DNA of 62,790 bases, filler included, from Choristocarpus tenellus KU-1152 (taxonomy: Eukaryota > Protista > Phaeophyceae), in NCBI GenBank assembly GCA_964200185.2. It is 11 parts of 11 records of this genome, joined end to end, with 100 filler letters (N's around TTAATTAATTAA, not from the genome) between each part and the next. Parts side by side here need not be neighbours in the genome. Positions count along the whole stretch, not along the records: positions 60,286 to 62,790 come from CAXNAD020027244.1; 10 more parts are not named here. One strand, written 5' to 3'. The translations under genes and the position numbers were made by a program. A model generated the notes under the pieces. The model was not told the DNA's origin. It was given only the letters and a program-made list of their open reading frames with translations, and did not search any database. Positions 62,716 to 62,790 of the stretch are shown here, piece by piece; the first letter of the stretch is position 1; the number at the start of each line of letters is the position of its first letter.

Positions 62716-62790
62716 TGTTCGATTAGACTCTTCCAACTCTATCGGACAGTTACGGTAAAATATGTATGGAGTAATGGAACAATCAATTAG
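62716..62790 (+). mobile_element. Start of a Copia-family LTR related to 61664-61788
   Basis: TGTTCGATTAGACTCTTCCAACTCTATCGGACA vs TGTTCGAATAGACTATTCCAACTCTATCGGACA. Confidence 0.85.

Overview
Eukaryotic, intron-rich, transposon-dense DNA. It is probably from a brown alga or related photosynthetic stramenopile (inferred from scattered TTAGGG tracts, a heterokont signal-peptide/'SAF' plastid-targeting N-terminus and stramenopile-type gene families). The window is not one contiguous locus: 11 contigs are joined by 100-bp artificial spacers (44N-TTAATTAATTAA-44N), so adjacency across spacers means nothing. Host genes appear as exon sets: asparagine synthetase 3' end, seryl-tRNA synthetase 3' end fused to WHEP repeats, EMC8/9 divergent from a coiled-coil gene, a MHYT-like membrane protein with eroded motifs, an ankyrin terminal exon, a plastid-targeted protein divergent from a possible TBC gene, and a sulfotransferase-like ORF cut by an LTR. 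The dominant signal is a DNA-transposon system: an intron-containing Sola2-type transposase pseudogene (~0.8-6.9 kb, minus strand) and about 20 copies or fragments of three MITE families. The MITEs share the terminal core G....AAAGTATCT, mostly have 4-bp target-site duplications, and insert into the transposase, into retroelements and into each other. Decayed CRE-like non-LTR, Ty3/Gypsy, Ty1/Copia, probable DIRS-like and probable PIF/Harbinger remnants fill much of the rest. No rRNA, tRNA or CRISPR array was found. All calls come from reading motifs by eye; no database search was run.
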